From the NCBI GenBank assembly GCA_964423085.1, contig CAYRDB010000004.1:1-37192 (forward strand): a DNA stretch of 37,192 nucleotides. The letters run 5' to 3'. Below are positions 16,189-25,021 of the stretch, piece after piece. The translations under genes were made by a program, and so were the position numbers. The notes beneath the pieces were generated by a model. The model did not search any database and was not told the DNA's origin. It was given only the letters and a program-made list of their open reading frames with translations. Source of the stretch: an uncultured archaeon. GTDB taxonomy: Archaea > Aenigmatarchaeota > Aenigmatarchaeia > CG10238-14 > SCSR01. Numbering within the stretch: the first letter of the stretch is position 1; every line of letters starts with the position of its first letter.

Positions 16189-17238
16189 TCAAGCTTCCTG
16201 CAATCCGCCTTCCGTAATCTTGAATATGCATTCAGTTTCTGGAAGGTTCGCAGCATCCATGAGCTTACAAACTCTGGTTCCAGCCCTTCCTTTCCTTAGG
16301 TAGAGCCTGTATGTGGCCTGGTGCGCAAGAACGTGCCCGCCTACCGGAGCTGTCGGATCACCGAAAAGCATGTCCGGCTTTGACATAACCTGATTCGTTA
16401 TGTAGACTGCCAGATTATGACCGTCGGCCAGCCTCTGCAGAGCATGCAGATGTTTATTGAGTTTCTGCTGCCTTTTAGCAAGCTCCCCCCTTCCGACAAA
16501 ATCCGCCCTAAAGTGAGAGGTCAGGCTGTCCACAATTATCAAACCTATGTTCTTTTCCTCAATCATTTCGCTCGCCTTTTCAACAAGGAATATCTGATGC
16601 TCGGTGTTGAACGCGCGCGCGACGAATATATTCTTCAGTGTCTGTTCTGGATCTAGACCCATAGACTTTGCTATGCTAACTATCCTGTTCGGAGAGAACG
16701 TGTTTTCAGTGTCTATGAAAAGGCAATTTTTACCCAGCCCGCCTTTGTCTTTTGGTAGCTGGACGTTTACAGCAAGCTGGAATGACAATTGAGATTTTCC
16801 GCTTGCAAACTGTCCATAAGCCTCGGTTATGGCCTGCGTCTCCACGCCTCCCCCCAGAAGAGTGTCCAGCGCCTTTACGTTCGTGGTTATCTTGTTGGCG
16901 GCAAGCTTCCTCTCCATAATCCTGTCCGCGCTCTCAAAACCAATATCAAGCATCGCCCTTACCGAGTTTATTATCTTCCTAGCCTGACCTTCACCTATCT
17001 CAGCTATTGCAGCCAAATCAGTCGGGGATGAGACAGCTATTGCCATCAAATCAGTGAACCCCACTTCTTCCAGTTTTTCGGATATCTTCTTTCCTACTCC
17101 CGGTATGTCCTTTAGGCTATGCCCGCTTCCTGTGGATAATTTTACATCTTCAGAATCGTTGCTCTCAGACTCTTCCTCAGGCTCTTCGAGCTCTTCGGCT
17201 TCCTCTTCAAACTCCTCTTCCAACTCTTCGTCTTCCAT
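16189..17238 (-). CDS. radA: DNA repair and recombination protein RadA
   Basis: HhH IPGVG, Walker A GQFASGKSQ, LIIVDSLTSHFR, GRGELAKRQQKL, GGHVLAH; acidic N-terminal extension. Confidence 0.96.
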   Translation of the reverse strand: MEDEELEEEFEEEAEELEEPEEESESNDSEDVKLSTGSGHSLKDIPGVGKKISEKLEEVGFTDLMAIAVSSPTDLAAIAEIGEGQARKIINSVRAMLDIGFESADRIMERKLAANKITTNVKALDTLLGGGVETQAITEAYGQFASGKSQLSFQLAVNVQLPKDKGGLGKNCLFIDTENTFSPNRIVSIAKSMGLDPEQTLKNIFVARAFNTEHQIFLVEKASEMIEEKNIGLIIVDSLTSHFRADFVGRGELAKRQQKLNKHLHALQRLADGHNLAVYITNQVMSKPDMLFGDPTAPVGGHVLAHQATYRLYLRKGRAGTRVCKLMDAANLPETECIFKITEGGLQEA

Positions 17239-17242
17239 TTAA

Positions 17243-18274
17243 TCAACCCAGTTTAAGTTTCAGCATGTCGGCGAGCTTTTCGCTTTCCTTACTAACGTCG
17301 ACTGCTTCGGCGTTGCTTGCAACCATTTCAAGCTCGTCAGTCCTACCTTTCTTTACGCTTCCAAAAATTATGTACTCTTTGCCTACCATGGTTCCGATGA
17401 GCTTCTCGTATCTTTCTTCTTCGCTCATTCTGACTATTTCATCAGCTTTCATTCCAACCAGCTTTTCTGCGACTTCCCTGAAAGCGACCACTCTTAGCAG
17501 TCCGGTACCATCGTCGACCACGAAAGACACCACCATCTCTGGTTTGTTTTCAACCTCGCCGTGCTGAGCGCAGCTGTATTTACCATAAGATATAGAAACT
17601 TTCGACCTGCACTTTGGGCAGGTGTCGAAAACGAACCTGCTCTTAACAACATCAATAACAGTTCCTTTTATTTCGAAAGAACCTGTGGAAATGTTTTTTA
17701 TCGGAACCTGGCCGCTCTTTTGGCTCAGAAACACGCTGAGCTCGTCCACTGTGGGAAATTCTATTTCCGACCCGGAAGCTTCGTCGTTTATGTTGAATAT
17801 CTTACCGTACTTTCCGATAGAGATTTCTACGTCCCCGTAAATGTTCTCGTTCGCAAAAGCGCCTGTAACCTGGACTATGTCGCCCAGCTTTATTTCCTCG
17901 TTTTCAATCATCTCTACGTGCTCGTTCCACAATGGCATTCGCACGAAACCGCTCCTGTCTCCTATGAATATGTTAACTACCCGACCGGGAGTGCCATTGC
18001 CCTTCTTGAAATCTACTATGTTGCTCACTTTGAAAACCCTGCCCGCGGCACTCACATTTCTCATACCAGGCACTATGTTCTTGAGTTCTATCTTCCTTTT
18101 TTCGCTGCTGAGCATGTTCACACCCATTTCCTTTGCGACCAGATGCGCTGCTCCCTCGGCGCTTATCATACCAGATAAATCCTTCTGCTTCTTTTCGACC
18201 TTCGACCTGAGCTCGTCCTTGCTTATTCCCGTCTTAGCTTCTATACCGCTCAGAATGTCATCAAGGCTGGCCAT
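17243..18274 (-). CDS. Replication protein A (OB-fold ssDNA-binding protein with zinc finger)
   Basis: N-terminal helical cap (GMISAEGAAHLVAKEMGV), OB fold (IGDRSGFVRMPLW), CPKC...CAQHG, VDDGTG. Start set at ATG 18274 to avoid overlap with the histone gene. Confidence 0.9.
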   Translation of the reverse strand: MASLDDILSGIEAKTGISKDELRSKVEKKQKDLSGMISAEGAAHLVAKEMGVNMLSSEKRKIELKNIVPGMRNVSAAGRVFKVSNIVDFKKGNGTPGRVVNIFIGDRSGFVRMPLWNEHVEMIENEEIKLGDIVQVTGAFANENIYGDVEISIGKYGKIFNINDEASGSEIEFPTVDELSVFLSQKSGQVPIKNISTGSFEIKGTVIDVVKSRFVFDTCPKCRSKVSISYGKYSCAQHGEVENKPEMVVSFVVDDGTGLLRVVAFREVAEKLVGMKADEIVRMSEEERYEKLIGTMVGKEYIIFGSVKKGRTDELEMVASNAEAVDVSKESEKLADMLKLKLG

Positions 18275-18311
18275 AAAACTATATGTAGGGTTAGAGATTA
18301 AAGAGTTGTCT

Positions 18312-18518
18312 TCACTGGAATTTTCTTCTCGCCAGCCTGACATCATCCGCTAAAACAGTCTTCCTGCCGGCATGCTTAGCCAGAGCCGCGGCTTCCTCCG
18401 CTATCATGTATATCTTATTTTCCATTACTTTTGCCATCTCTTCGGCCGCTTCGTAAGCAACCCGCTTGGCGCCGGCTTTTTTTATTATCCTCTCAAAAGG
18501 AAGCACTGGAAAATCCAT
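18312..18518 (-). CDS. Archaeal histone (HMf family)
   Basis: 68 aa; P..PFERIIKKAGAKRV...AKHAGRKTV.A.DV.LA. Confidence 0.95.
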   Translation of the reverse strand: MDFPVLPFERIIKKAGAKRVAYEAAEEMAKVMENKIYMIAEEAAALAKHAGRKTVLADDVRLARRKFQ

Positions 18519-18540
18519 AATTTATATTTCTTTCCATTCT

Positions 18541-19008
18541 TTATAATTGCTTATTCCTTACCATCTCTATAATCGTTGATTTTTTCTCAAATCCTAGTTT
18601 GGAAAATATCTTCAATCCATGATTGTAGTCGTCATAAATTATCTTCATTTCGTCCTTGACTATCTCGCATAATTTTGACGCCACTTTATATCCTATACCC
18701 ATTTTCCTATATTTGGAGTTGACGAAAATCCCTACCCGCTTGTCGCTTCCTCTATGCCAGCAAACTGCGACTATTTCACCGTTCACAGAGGCCAAAGAAA
18801 CCGTATAGTCTATCGGAGATCTTCCAAAAGCCAGCGAGGTAAAAAGACACAATTTTTGGTAGCAGTGGTTGATTAGACCTTGAAAAGACCTGTCCTTCCT
18901 TATGAAAACGCTGTCTCCTGCAAAATCTTCGCCATAGTATTCGCGTATTTTTTTTCCGAGCCTGAAAAAATCGGCGAGCTTCATTTTTCTGACTTGTACT
19001 TGATCCAT
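18541..19008 (-). CDS. GNAT-family N-acetyltransferase-like protein
   Basis: Motif A-like GIFVNSKYRKMGIG and motif B-like NHGLKIFSKLGF. Confidence 0.7.
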   Translation of the reverse strand: MDQVQVRKMKLADFFRLGKKIREYYGEDFAGDSVFIRKDRSFQGLINHCYQKLCLFTSLAFGRSPIDYTVSLASVNGEIVAVCWHRGSDKRVGIFVNSKYRKMGIGYKVASKLCEIVKDEMKIIYDDYNHGLKIFSKLGFEKKSTIIEMVRNKQL

Positions 19009-19021
19009 AACTTACACTGTC

Positions 19022-21145
19022 CTACCACAACACTTTGAAAACGCGTATCTCTGGATTGCTGTACACCAGTTCGAAATGTTCCAACCCTTCACCGTCGAAG
19101 AAGAACATCCTGTTGAATATCGAGTCTCTGGTCAATGCGTCCATGAAAAATATATTACCGAAACCTTGATTCGCCCAGACAAGTCCGTCTATCATATCTT
19201 CCTCGTCAAATTCGTAATGTTTCACCTCGCCGTTCTCAAAGTACACGATTTGGGAAACTATCGAATTTCTTATTCTATATTCTGGCATGTTCATTACCGG
19301 GAAAAATGTACCGTTGTTGTACACAAGCGAAACCTGCCCATTTGCGTATTCTAACACATTCTGCTCTTGGTCATAATCTGTCAACTGCATCTGCCAGTAG
19401 CTCCTGCCATCTTTCCCTCCGTTTCCAAAGTAGCTCAACCAGTAGTACTTTTGAATAAGGTCGCTGCTTGCGACTATGTACATTTCAGGTACTGGTTCGC
19501 ACATTTCCACAGGAAACTGGTCACCGTATATGCTTTGGAGTTCTGAACACTGCTCATCGCTCAGCCCTTTATATTTCTCAAGTATTGAAACGGCTTCATC
19601 TTCGTCGCTTATAGAGAACACCCTCCCCATGTCCTGTATCCTAATGTCATGCCCGTAAGGCAGGCACGCTCCGACACCCTGCCCGCAGTGAGCTCCGTCG
19701 CCCATGACCCTATGGTCTGTGTATCCTGCTATAATATGGCCAGGATCCCACCATGTGACTATCAGAGCTTCTGGGTCTGTCTCAGTTTTTATCCAATCAA
19801 GTGCAGAATACCAGTTCTCGCTTATTCCCATATCTGTCATGCTGTACCCGGTAAGCAACGAGTTTGATACGAATATTATTATCAAGACTGAAGTGAATGC
19901 GAAAAATGTGGATTTTAGCAGGCGTCTGTCAAGATACGCAGGGGTTTTACCTATCAAATAGCCCGCAGCCACTGCGGAAGCTGTGGAGAACAATATTGAA
20001 AACCTGACTCCGAAGTTTATCAGGAAGAATGTTGTCATAATCCATATCAGAAGAAACACTTCAGAAGAGCTTATTTTCTCCTTTTTGTACAGCTTGTATA
20101 AGAATAGAAAAGGCAAGAATATTGTGAATATCGTTGGCGCTAGACCCACACGCTCCACTATAGACTGCAGACCTTCAGCGCTCAAAATGTTAACATTCTG
20201 CAGCTCTGCGACCGAAATGTTTACAATAAGACCCGTGCCTTCAGTCACCTGCAATCCTAGACCGGATGTCTCGAATATGTTGCTCATTCCCATGAGCGTT
20301 CCTGCTATGTTTGTAGCAAGTATTATCGCGACCAGCGAAACTATCATCCATTTTTCTTTAAAAAGCTCCGATGTGTCCAGCCTCAGCTTTCGGTTGTGTA
20401 TAATCTGCTCAACTGCTCTGAAAATTATCACAGCTACAATGAACCCAGAGAAGAATATCTGTATTATCCATCCGAACCCCCAGGTGAAAACAAATGCTAG
20501 ATTCACCAGAACTGCAAATATGTAGTATGGCAAAGCCTTAAGCGATGGCTTCTTTTCCATGGCCAAAACCATTGCATAAACCGACAGCAAGGTGTAGAAA
20601 GCCACTACCATGTCGCTGTCACTATATCCAGCCATGGACACGCTTATCAAAGCAGGTGTCAAAACAGCGAACAATGCGGTACAAACGCCTCCCAGCTTGT
20701 TGGAAAATTTCCTACCGAGAAGGTATGCCGGCACAACTGCCGCTGCCGCCATTATGATTGTGGACCATTTTGCAGTTTCGGTTAGTGTGAACCCTATAAT
20801 AGAGTTAAGAATTTGATAGAAAATCGCAATGGTGTAGGACCATCCTTGGAAAGCTTCGTAAGGCCTGCCTGGAGGGAAATGGCTCAGTTCATCCCACGAA
20901 GGTATGGCCATGTTGTTTTCGACTATCTCAGATGCGTGCCTGAAGAACCACCATGGATCATAGTCCAAGACGGTCGGCAAATCAAGCGTTCCAGAACGGA
21001 CATAAAAAGCAAGATACATTATTCCCAAAAGGGACGCCAAAACTAACAAAGACGATATGAACTCTTTTGATGTCAAAAGAGACTTGCCTGGCAATCTGAA
21101 CAGTTTGCCAGTTTCTCCACGTTCTTCAGAATCCATGTCAGACAC
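19022..21145 (-). CDS. aglB: Oligosaccharyltransferase AglB (STT3 family)
   Basis: DYDPWWFFR, GYSDSD, SVAEL, WWDPG, DLIQK; multi-TM N-terminal part plus soluble C-domain. Start is GTG 21145 or ATG 21136. Confidence 0.93.
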   Translation of the reverse strand: MSDMDSEERGETGKLFRLPGKSLLTSKEFISSLLVLASLLGIMYLAFYVRSGTLDLPTVLDYDPWWFFRHASEIVENNMAIPSWDELSHFPPGRPYEAFQGWSYTIAIFYQILNSIIGFTLTETAKWSTIIMAAAAVVPAYLLGRKFSNKLGGVCTALFAVLTPALISVSMAGYSDSDMVVAFYTLLSVYAMVLAMEKKPSLKALPYYIFAVLVNLAFVFTWGFGWIIQIFFSGFIVAVIIFRAVEQIIHNRKLRLDTSELFKEKWMIVSLVAIILATNIAGTLMGMSNIFETSGLGLQVTEGTGLIVNISVAELQNVNILSAEGLQSIVERVGLAPTIFTIFLPFLFLYKLYKKEKISSSEVFLLIWIMTTFFLINFGVRFSILFSTASAVAAGYLIGKTPAYLDRRLLKSTFFAFTSVLIIIFVSNSLLTGYSMTDMGISENWYSALDWIKTETDPEALIVTWWDPGHIIAGYTDHRVMGDGAHCGQGVGACLPYGHDIRIQDMGRVFSISDEDEAVSILEKYKGLSDEQCSELQSIYGDQFPVEMCEPVPEMYIVASSDLIQKYYWLSYFGNGGKDGRSYWQMQLTDYDQEQNVLEYANGQVSLVYNNGTFFPVMNMPEYRIRNSIVSQIVYFENGEVKHYEFDEEDMIDGLVWANQGFGNIFFMDALTRDSIFNRMFFFDGEGLEHFELVYSNPEIRVFKVLW

Positions 21146-21217
21146 TTTATAACTATTAAATAAGGCAAGCTTATTAAAATTATCATAAGGTGGAGAACCG
21201 ATTTATAGGCGACTTCA

Positions 21218-22273
21218 ATGAGGATTTTGATAACTCACGAGCTATTCCCGCCAAACGTGGCCGGAGGGGGAGAAGCTCTCGTGTACAGGCTGGCTAAGAA
21301 AATGGCAGACGATGGACACTCGGTCAAAGTTGTTACAAGTGGAAATCCTGATGAAAAAAGCTATGGTGGCGTTGAAACTGTCAGGATACCAGCAAACAGG
21401 TACTTGATGAACATAATTTCTTTTCCTACAATATTGAAGCATGCCAGGGAAGCGGATGTCATACAGACCAGCAGCGGCAACATGGCATTGCCTTCGTTTA
21501 TTGCCGCAAAAATTCTCGGAAAGCCTATTTGCTGCTGGATACACCACATTTTTGGAAAGTACTGGAGGGACATCAGAGGCCCGATAGTTGGAAGGATGTT
21601 CGAAATTTTCGAGAGAGCGATCCTAACCAGAGGGTTCGATCAGTGGGTTTTCCAGAACAAATCTTCAAAAAAAATAGGAATTGGAATGGGCGTGCCTAAA
21701 AACAGGATATCGATGATCAGTCCTGGGATAGACCACGAAAAATTCTCCAAAATCCAGCCCAAACGTGGAAAAAATGCTCTTTTTGTGGGGAACTTTTGCA
21801 TGGACGAGCCCACTATTAAGACAAAAGGTATAGGCTACCTCCTAGAAGCTGCCAGAATGCTGCCGAAAGTGGACTTTCTGCTTCTCGGAAATTTCAAAGG
21901 AAAGAAGCTTCCAAAAAATGTACGTGCCCCAGGAACTGTGCCTTACGACAAGCTTATTGAAACCTACAGCAAAGCGGGCGTGTTCGTGTGCAGTTCGCTA
22001 AACGAGGGGTTCAGTTTGGCCCTTCTCGAGGCTATGGCTTCCGGATGCCCGATAGTTTCTACCATAGACATAGGGCAGTGTGGTGTGAAAGTGGTCCCGA
22101 AAGACGCGGCTGGAATCGCGAAAGGTGTTATGTGCTGTCTGGATGATCCAAAAAAAGCAAGAGCGCAAGGCGACCAAAACAGGAAACTCGCCAGGCGGTA
22201 TTCATGGAAAAAGTTTTATGCAGATTTTGACAAGCTATATAAGAGCTTAAATAACTGTCGGGACAAGAGATAA
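21218..22273 (+). CDS. Glycosyltransferase family 4 (GT-B)
   Basis: MRILI..E.FPP..GGGE; EGFSLALLEAMASGCPIV. Confidence 0.92.
   Translation: MRILITHELFPPNVAGGGEALVYRLAKKMADDGHSVKVVTSGNPDEKSYGGVETVRIPANRYLMNIISFPTILKHAREADVIQTSSGNMALPSFIAAKILGKPICCWIHHIFGKYWRDIRGPIVGRMFEIFERAILTRGFDQWVFQNKSSKKIGIGMGVPKNRISMISPGIDHEKFSKIQPKRGKNALFVGNFCMDEPTIKTKGIGYLLEAARMLPKVDFLLLGNFKGKKLPKNVRAPGTVPYDKLIETYSKAGVFVCSSLNEGFSLALLEAMASGCPIVSTIDIGQCGVKVVPKDAAGIAKGVMCCLDDPKKARAQGDQNRKLARRYSWKKFYADFDKLYKSLNNCRDKR
22241..22254 (+). promoter_or_regulatory. BRE/TATA candidate AAGAGCTTAAATAA
   Basis: Same GCTTAAATAA core as at 21-30; about 33 nt upstream of ATG 22287, inside the 3' end of the GT4 gene. Confidence 0.45.
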
Positions 22274-22286
22274 TAAACGTGGTTTT

Positions 22287-23264
22287 ATGGACTGGACCAA
22301 TAAGAATGTTCTGATAACCGGAATAACCGGATTTGTTGGGACTTGGATTGCAAAAAGCCTTGTTGAGAAGGGTGCGAACGTAATAGCATTTGTAAGGGAT
22401 GAAATACCTAACATGCCGCTAAGGACTATGGGAATATATGAAAAGCTCGGAGCCATAGCAAACGGGGACATACTGGATTATAGCAGCGTAAAAAGGGTTT
22501 TTGACGAATACGAGATTGACACATGCTTTCATCTGGCAGCGCAGACTCAGGTCACTATTGCGAAGACTTCTCCAACATCGACTTTCGACATAAACGTCAG
22601 AGGGAGCTGGAATGTGATGGAAGCTGCAAGGAACTCTGGAGCTCTTAAGAGAATGGTGATAGCTTCCACAGACAAGGTTTATGGAGAGCCTGTAGAGCTT
22701 CCGATAAAGGAGACTCATCCCCTGCTGGCGGCTTACCCATACGATGCATCAAAGGTTTGCGTTGAGAGAATTGCGCAGACATATGCAACAACGTACGGAC
22801 TGCCTATCGCTATAACGAGATGCTGCAACATCTACGGAGGAGGTGACATGAACTTTTTGAGGATAGTGCCAGGCTCGATTAGGTCGGTGCTTGCGGATGA
22901 GAATCCGATAATAAGAAGCGATGGGACGCCTGTCAGGGACTTTATCTACGTAGAGGACGCAGCCAACGCCTACCTGACTCTGGCTGAAAAGATGGACTCC
23001 AAGCAAGTCATAGGAGAGGCGTTCAATTTTGGCAGCAACTCGCCAATAAACATGCTCGAGTTGGTCAACAAGATAATAAAAGTTTCTGGGAAAAATCTGA
23101 AAGCCGACGTTCAGGGAACGAAAAAGCCTGACGCGGAGATAGACAAGCAGTACCTGTCAAGCGAGAAAGCTGGCAAGATTCTAGGATGGCAGCCGAAATT
23201 CAGTCTGGAAGAAGGATTGAAAAACACGATATCGTGGTATGAAAAATACCTGAAATCTGCCTAG
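22287..23264 (+). CDS. NDP-sugar dehydratase/epimerase (CDP-glucose 4,6-dehydratase RfbG-like SDR)
   Basis: GITGFVG, FHLAAQ, STDKVYG, YDASK, NIYGGGD; adjacent to a cytidylyltransferase. Confidence 0.8.
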   Translation: MDWTNKNVLITGITGFVGTWIAKSLVEKGANVIAFVRDEIPNMPLRTMGIYEKLGAIANGDILDYSSVKRVFDEYEIDTCFHLAAQTQVTIAKTSPTSTFDINVRGSWNVMEAARNSGALKRMVIASTDKVYGEPVELPIKETHPLLAAYPYDASKVCVERIAQTYATTYGLPIAITRCCNIYGGGDMNFLRIVPGSIRSVLADENPIIRSDGTPVRDFIYVEDAANAYLTLAEKMDSKQVIGEAFNFGSNSPINMLELVNKIIKVSGKNLKADVQGTKKPDAEIDKQYLSSEKAGKILGWQPKFSLEEGLKNTISWYEKYLKSA

Positions 23265-23977
23265 GATTTTTCCTTCGATATGTACTTTTGTAAATTGCCG
23301 TTGTTCCACATGTCGTTTAATTCCTGTACGTCTTTTATAGTGTTCATAGTTTTCCAGAAGCCTTCGTGCTTGTAAGCCTGGACCTGCCCTTCCTTGGACA
23401 GCACGTCGAACGCATCGGTTTCGTCCATTCCCGGCTTTATAGAGTCTATGACTTCCTTGTTCATGACAAGATATCCTCCGCTTATCCAGTGGTCCAGAAC
23501 GGGCTTTTCCTTGAAACCGCGTATGACATTGTTCTCGTCCATTTCTAAGACCCCGAAGTTTGAAACGAGCCTCACCCCTGTGAAAGTGACTTTCTTCGAG
23601 TTCTCTTCATGCATTTTGATGACACTGTTTATGTCAACGTCGCATAGGTCGTCACCATACGCCAAAAGAAACTTGTCGCCCTTTATCGAATCCTTCGCCA
23701 TCCTTATCCTGTCGCCTTTTCTAGACTCCAGGCCGGTGTCGAGAAAAGTTATATTCCATTCGGGGGCAATGTTCTCTTTTTTTGAAAAATAATCTCTAAT
23801 CATTTCGCCCTTGAACCCAAGAAGAAGTATGAAATCGTTGTGCCCGTGTTTTGAGTACTGGTTCATTATGTGCCATAGTATGGGCTTTCCGCCAACCTCG
23901 ATTAGAGGCTTCGGCATGTGCTCGGTGGCAGGATACATCCTTATCCCCCTGCCTCCGCAAAGGACTACGACTTCCAT
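23261..23977 (-). CDS. Glucose-1-phosphate cytidylyltransferase-like nucleotidyltransferase (RfbF-like)
   Basis: LCGGRGIRM, PKPLIEVGGKPILWHIM, DTGL, YKHEGFW. Confidence 0.85.
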   Translation of the reverse strand: MEVVVLCGGRGIRMYPATEHMPKPLIEVGGKPILWHIMNQYSKHGHNDFILLLGFKGEMIRDYFSKKENIAPEWNITFLDTGLESRKGDRIRMAKDSIKGDKFLLAYGDDLCDVDINSVIKMHEENSKKVTFTGVRLVSNFGVLEMDENNVIRGFKEKPVLDHWISGGYLVMNKEVIDSIKPGMDETDAFDVLSKEGQVQAYKHEGFWKTMNTIKDVQELNDMWNNGNLQKYISKEKS

Positions 23978-24116
23978 ATCAACCTTTAATTATGTGCTCC
24001 AAAAAGACATTTAAACCTTTTTAATCAAAGGCTTTTTTGAATCTTTTATATAATTCTTCAGTGTATAGTTGTTAATAATGTCGGCAGACAGTTTAGAAAC
24101 AGAGCGTAGAAACACT

Positions 24117-24965
24117 ATGATTTCTGTGATAATACCATTCAGGGACAATGTCAATCAGGTTAAGGAATGCGTGCAATCGATACTCACACAGCCTTACAAA
24201 AGTGTTGAAATAGTCCTTGTCAGCGACCGCATAAATGAGCATATAAGCGGGATAAGGACTCTCCATACGCCAAAGCTGAAGGGCGTTGGGCAGAAAAGGA
24301 ACGCAGGTGTCAAGGCGTCAAAGGGGGAAATACTGTTCTTTTTGGATTCTGACTGTACTGTGATGAAGGACACATTCACGGAGCTTGTTGGGATGTTTGA
24401 AGAGATAGACACAGACGCCATATCAGGCAAGCCCTTGGCTCCGAAAAAAGGCAACTTGATTGGCATAGCTACCGGATTGGAGTATGAGGACAGGTTCGAC
24501 AGAATGGGGGAGAACTACGTCGAGATAGCTGCCACGACCTGCCTGGCAATGAAGAGGGATGCTTTCGAATCAATAGGCGGATTCAAGGACTACAGCACGG
24601 GAGAGGCTACAGGAGAAGACTGGGATTTTTCAATAAAGTTCACAAAGGCTGGCTTCAAGATATTCCACACTAACAGGGTGCGCGTTTACCACAACCATGT
24701 GAACGACAGCATAAAGAAGTGGTTCAGCCGCAGGATAGAGCACTCTGCGTACAGGGTTACTCATAGGAAAAGGCACGGCCAGCTTTTCGAGGAGTATTTC
24801 AGCTTGCGCATGTTCATTGTCACAACCGCTCTTCTTTGCATACCAGTTGCAATAAGAATGTACAAGAAGACCGGAAGGGTTCAGGCTTTCGCAATGCCGA
24901 TTTTCGCAGTATTAAGGAACATCGCATGGTTCGCGGGAGTGGTGAAGGAGCTAGTGTACCATTAG
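24117..24965 (+). CDS. Glycosyltransferase family 2
   Basis: ISVIIP, RNAG, FLDSD, GEDWDF. Start could also be 24078. Confidence 0.9.
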   Translation: MISVIIPFRDNVNQVKECVQSILTQPYKSVEIVLVSDRINEHISGIRTLHTPKLKGVGQKRNAGVKASKGEILFFLDSDCTVMKDTFTELVGMFEEIDTDAISGKPLAPKKGNLIGIATGLEYEDRFDRMGENYVEIAATTCLAMKRDAFESIGGFKDYSTGEATGEDWDFSIKFTKAGFKIFHTNRVRVYHNHVNDSIKKWFSRRIEHSAYRVTHRKRHGQLFEEYFSLRMFIVTTALLCIPVAIRMYKKTGRVQAFAMPIFAVLRNIAWFAGVVKELVYH

Positions 24966-25021
24966 CTTTTAATTAAATGCTTTTAATACTAAACTTTAGT
25001 TATCTTGATGGGTGCGTAAAT

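Noticed and set aside
16189-17238. Intein in RadA
   Set aside because: The core is continuous through Walker A and B and of normal length.
18275-18346. N-terminal extension of RPA given by the ORF track
   Set aside because: Overlaps the histone gene; ATG 18274 gives a typical start.
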